Made by a program: the position numbers and the translations under genes. DNA of 63,755 bases, the filler included, from Saprolegnia diclina VS20 (lineage: Eukaryota), in NCBI RefSeq assembly GCF_000281045.1. It is 3 parts of 2 records of this genome, joined end to end, with 100 filler letters (N's around TTAATTAATTAA, not from the genome) between each part and the next. Parts side by side here need not be neighbours in the genome. Positions count along the whole stretch, not along the records: positions 61,251 to 63,755 come from NW_008246109.1; 2 more parts are not named here. One strand, written 5' to 3'. A model generated the notes under the pieces. The model saw nothing but the letters and a program-made list of their open reading frames with translations, ran no database searches and was not told where the DNA came from. Shown piece by piece: positions 61,359 through 63,755 of this stretch. How positions within the stretch are numbered: the first letter of the stretch is position 1; each line of letters opens with the position of its first letter.

Positions 61359-62902
61359 TTAAAAAAGCAGCAAGCACGTGTCTTCCGATGTGCGACTCAT
61401 CAGCGAGCGTACAGACTCCAAAGTGCTTCGCGGCACGTTGGCTGACACGTCCGGGTGGAGTCGAAACATTGGCTCTTCGACAATCGTCAGGATCCGGAGC
61501 AGCGCGGCCTTGCACTCGATATCCTTGCGCTTCTCGGTGTGTTGGGGTGTGAGGCTTAGCGTCGTGAGATGCCTTGTGCACGCGACGATTTCGGGCACAA
61601 AATGAAAGAAGTCCTCGTACTTGGCCGAGTGGCCGTCCATATGCACGTGCAGGAGAGTCCCACAGCAGCCAAGATCCGACCTATGTCTTCGCGGTACAGA
61701 GTATTGTCGCGCATGTCCAGCTCGACGAGTCGCGGCAGCTGCGGCAGCGCACCGACCAATTCCGTGTACTGTGTGTACGAGGTTGCTGCCTTGCGCAGCG
61801 AGATTTTCTCAATGTTCACGAGCATCACGCGCACGGTGGCAAACGATGCGTCATTGTATGAGCCAAGTGCGCGCAACGACGTCAAGCGCGCCAGCACGGG
61901 GTCCAACCACGAGCACGACCCGAGTTGGCCGAGGTACGTGAGGCTGCGCCCCAAGTGCACGAGGCTCGGCGCGCCCTCGAGTGCTCGCGCAAGATGAGCG
62001 AGCGTTGCGGGCGCTAGCGTCTTTTCATCGCCGGGCGCTACCCACTCGAAGGATTCCAAGGACGCTGGAAGCCGTCGCCCGTGCAAGACGGCGGCATCAA
62101 AGTGCTTGACGCTAAAGAGGCGGAGAGTGCAGAGCGTGGACGCCGCGATAGCGTCGCAGATCGCGTCACCAACTTGTGGCTGGCCGCGGAGGTTGATGGC
62201 GACACCGCTCAGCGTAAGCGATGTGCACGGTGCGTGCGTGAGCCAATGGAGGAGCTGTGTCGAGAGGCTGCGCGGTGGTTTGTAGTCGTTCGCTTCGCTC
62301 GAGAGGTGCAGTGTCGTAATTCCGGGGTGCTCGAGCATTGTGAGCACCGTGTCGCAAGCACCGGCGGACAGCGAGGCATACGTGGAGCGACCATGGAAGT
62401 GGATACAAACCTGCGTTAGCGCAAGGCACGCCAATGCCGTGTCACTGACGAGAGTGCAGTCCACTGCACTTGCGTTGGCGACATCAAAGACGACGCGAAG
62501 GCGCGAAATACACTGCGCGACGTGTGGAGGTAGGGGCTTCAGAGGGGCCTGGCGATGGCTGTTGGTGCGATACTCAAGCGCCAGCGTTGCGCCCAAAGGG
62601 CCCCGTTGAGCAAGGTGGGCAAGGGCTCTCTCCGGCACAAGCGACCAATCGATCGTAATGACAGGCCATTGCCACGCAAGTCCGTCAATAGGCTCCTCGA
62701 GCAGCGCGGCGAGGGATTGCATCGGCCCAGGTCGTGACGTTGCTTCGCGGGGCAGCGCCTGAACGAACGCTTGGAGCGTCGCAAGGTCCGAGATGCATCA
62801 AGTGATTGCGTGGAGAGCGTCGGGTGTCGCTGACCAGTGCACACTTGGCGCCCGTCGCCGCCCACGCGCCGGTCCTTTGACCATCGCTGATTTACGGGCC
62901 AT
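61359..62902 (-). pseudogene. RNI-like leucine-rich-repeat gene with a premature stop and a frameshift
   Basis: In-frame TGA at 62798-62800 (ALHAIT*CISDLATLQAFVQALP). LRR-like LPRLVELDMRDN and ITTLHLS. Apparent frame switch near 61660 into ...HMDGHSAKYEDFFHF... Confidence 0.6.
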
Positions 62903-63159
62903 GATTACGGATGTGCGTGCCATGAGCTCCTGCCACGGGCCATGAAGAAAATGCGTGATGCGATTGGTCCAATAAATGGTAAATCGGTACATTGGATTGG
63001 ATGTTGTAATGCTTTTTAACAAATAGGAATGCAACGCATTTAAACCAATACGAAACGATTGTGAAGCACAATGTTGACAGAATGTGGAGTGAATTCCACG
63101 TTATCGACGGGCGATATTGTCAAAAGGCACTGCATCAAGCGGCGTGCGGCAGTCAGTTC

Positions 63160-63755
63160 TTAGACCTTGCACGAGAGGTTGGTGCCCGGGTCGACGCCGA
63201 GCTCGGCGCAATACGCCTTGAACAAGGCCACGCGGTGCGGGTCGCCATTCGGGTTGGGCGGGTTCGGGCCACACTCCCACGTCGGGTTGATGATGCGCGT
63301 CGTCTTGGCAAACTGGCCCCACTGGCCCGCCACGTCATGAATGCGGTTTGCGCTCCAGAACCAGAACGCGCTCAACCAGACCAGATCTTGGTCCGTGGCC
63401 ACACTGGCATAGTTGGTCACGAGGTCCCGCCCGATCGCGCCGCCAAACGCTTCGTAGTTGTAGCGCCACGTGAGCTGAAGCGCGCCGCGGCCTAAGAAAA
63501 CAATGTGAGCTTCCATCGCTGCCAACTCAAAGGCATACCGTAGTAAGGCGCGTACTCGCCGCTCTTGTCATACTCTTCCGAGGCTCGGAGCTCGTCAGAC
63601 TCGTGTGTGACATGCGCAAGAAAGGCCGCAATCTCGCGCTTGTTGGTATCGTCGTCGTTGGAGTTAGCAAATGGAAACGTGGTCGCGCTCCGAACGAGAC
63701 CCACGTACGTGTACACCGGGTTGCGCAACGGGAACTTTTGGTTGAACGTGGCTTC
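63160..63755 (-). CDS. GH19 chitinase (5' end outside window); intron 63492-63538
   Basis: KREIAAFLAHVTHES, YYGRGALQLTWRYNY, SAFWFW, TTRIIN..EC and YCAELGVDPGTNLSC. Confidence 0.95.

Overview
Gene-dense, GC-rich eukaryotic DNA with short (~40-55 bp) GT-AG introns. It is most likely an oomycete of the Saprolegniales, inferred from gene families and architecture. Housekeeping genes recognised: HMG-CoA reductase, an Arc1p/EMAP-II-type tRNA-binding protein, phosphoglycerate dehydrogenase with a likely mitochondrial presequence, kinetochore Rod/KNTC1, a SPATA4/SPEF1-like CH-domain protein, L-aspartate oxidase (NadB) and a GH19 chitinase. There are also ankyrin, RCC1-like, PX, FYVE-RING, B-box, ARM-like and IQ/ankyrin proteins. 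Mobile DNA: a decayed LINE reverse transcriptase, a Tourist-like MITE with TAA target duplication, a 1.6-kb element with ~178-bp TIRs carrying a decayed Crypton-like tyrosine recombinase, and a small foldback element. The most unusual items are three. (i) A lower-GC island at ~30-34.6 kb built from two tandem units, each an orphan gene followed by an atypical Hsp70-like gene; each orphan is preceded by a module with two TGGAC-N7-GTCCA palindromes, and the module is inverted in one unit relative to the other. (ii) A four-domain voltage-gated-type channel with an N-terminal PH-like domain and a non-canonical A/H/K/E pore ring. (iii) A secreted stand-alone subtilisin-like propeptide. Three N-gaps limit interpretation. 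Multi-exon gene boundaries were read by eye and are approximate.
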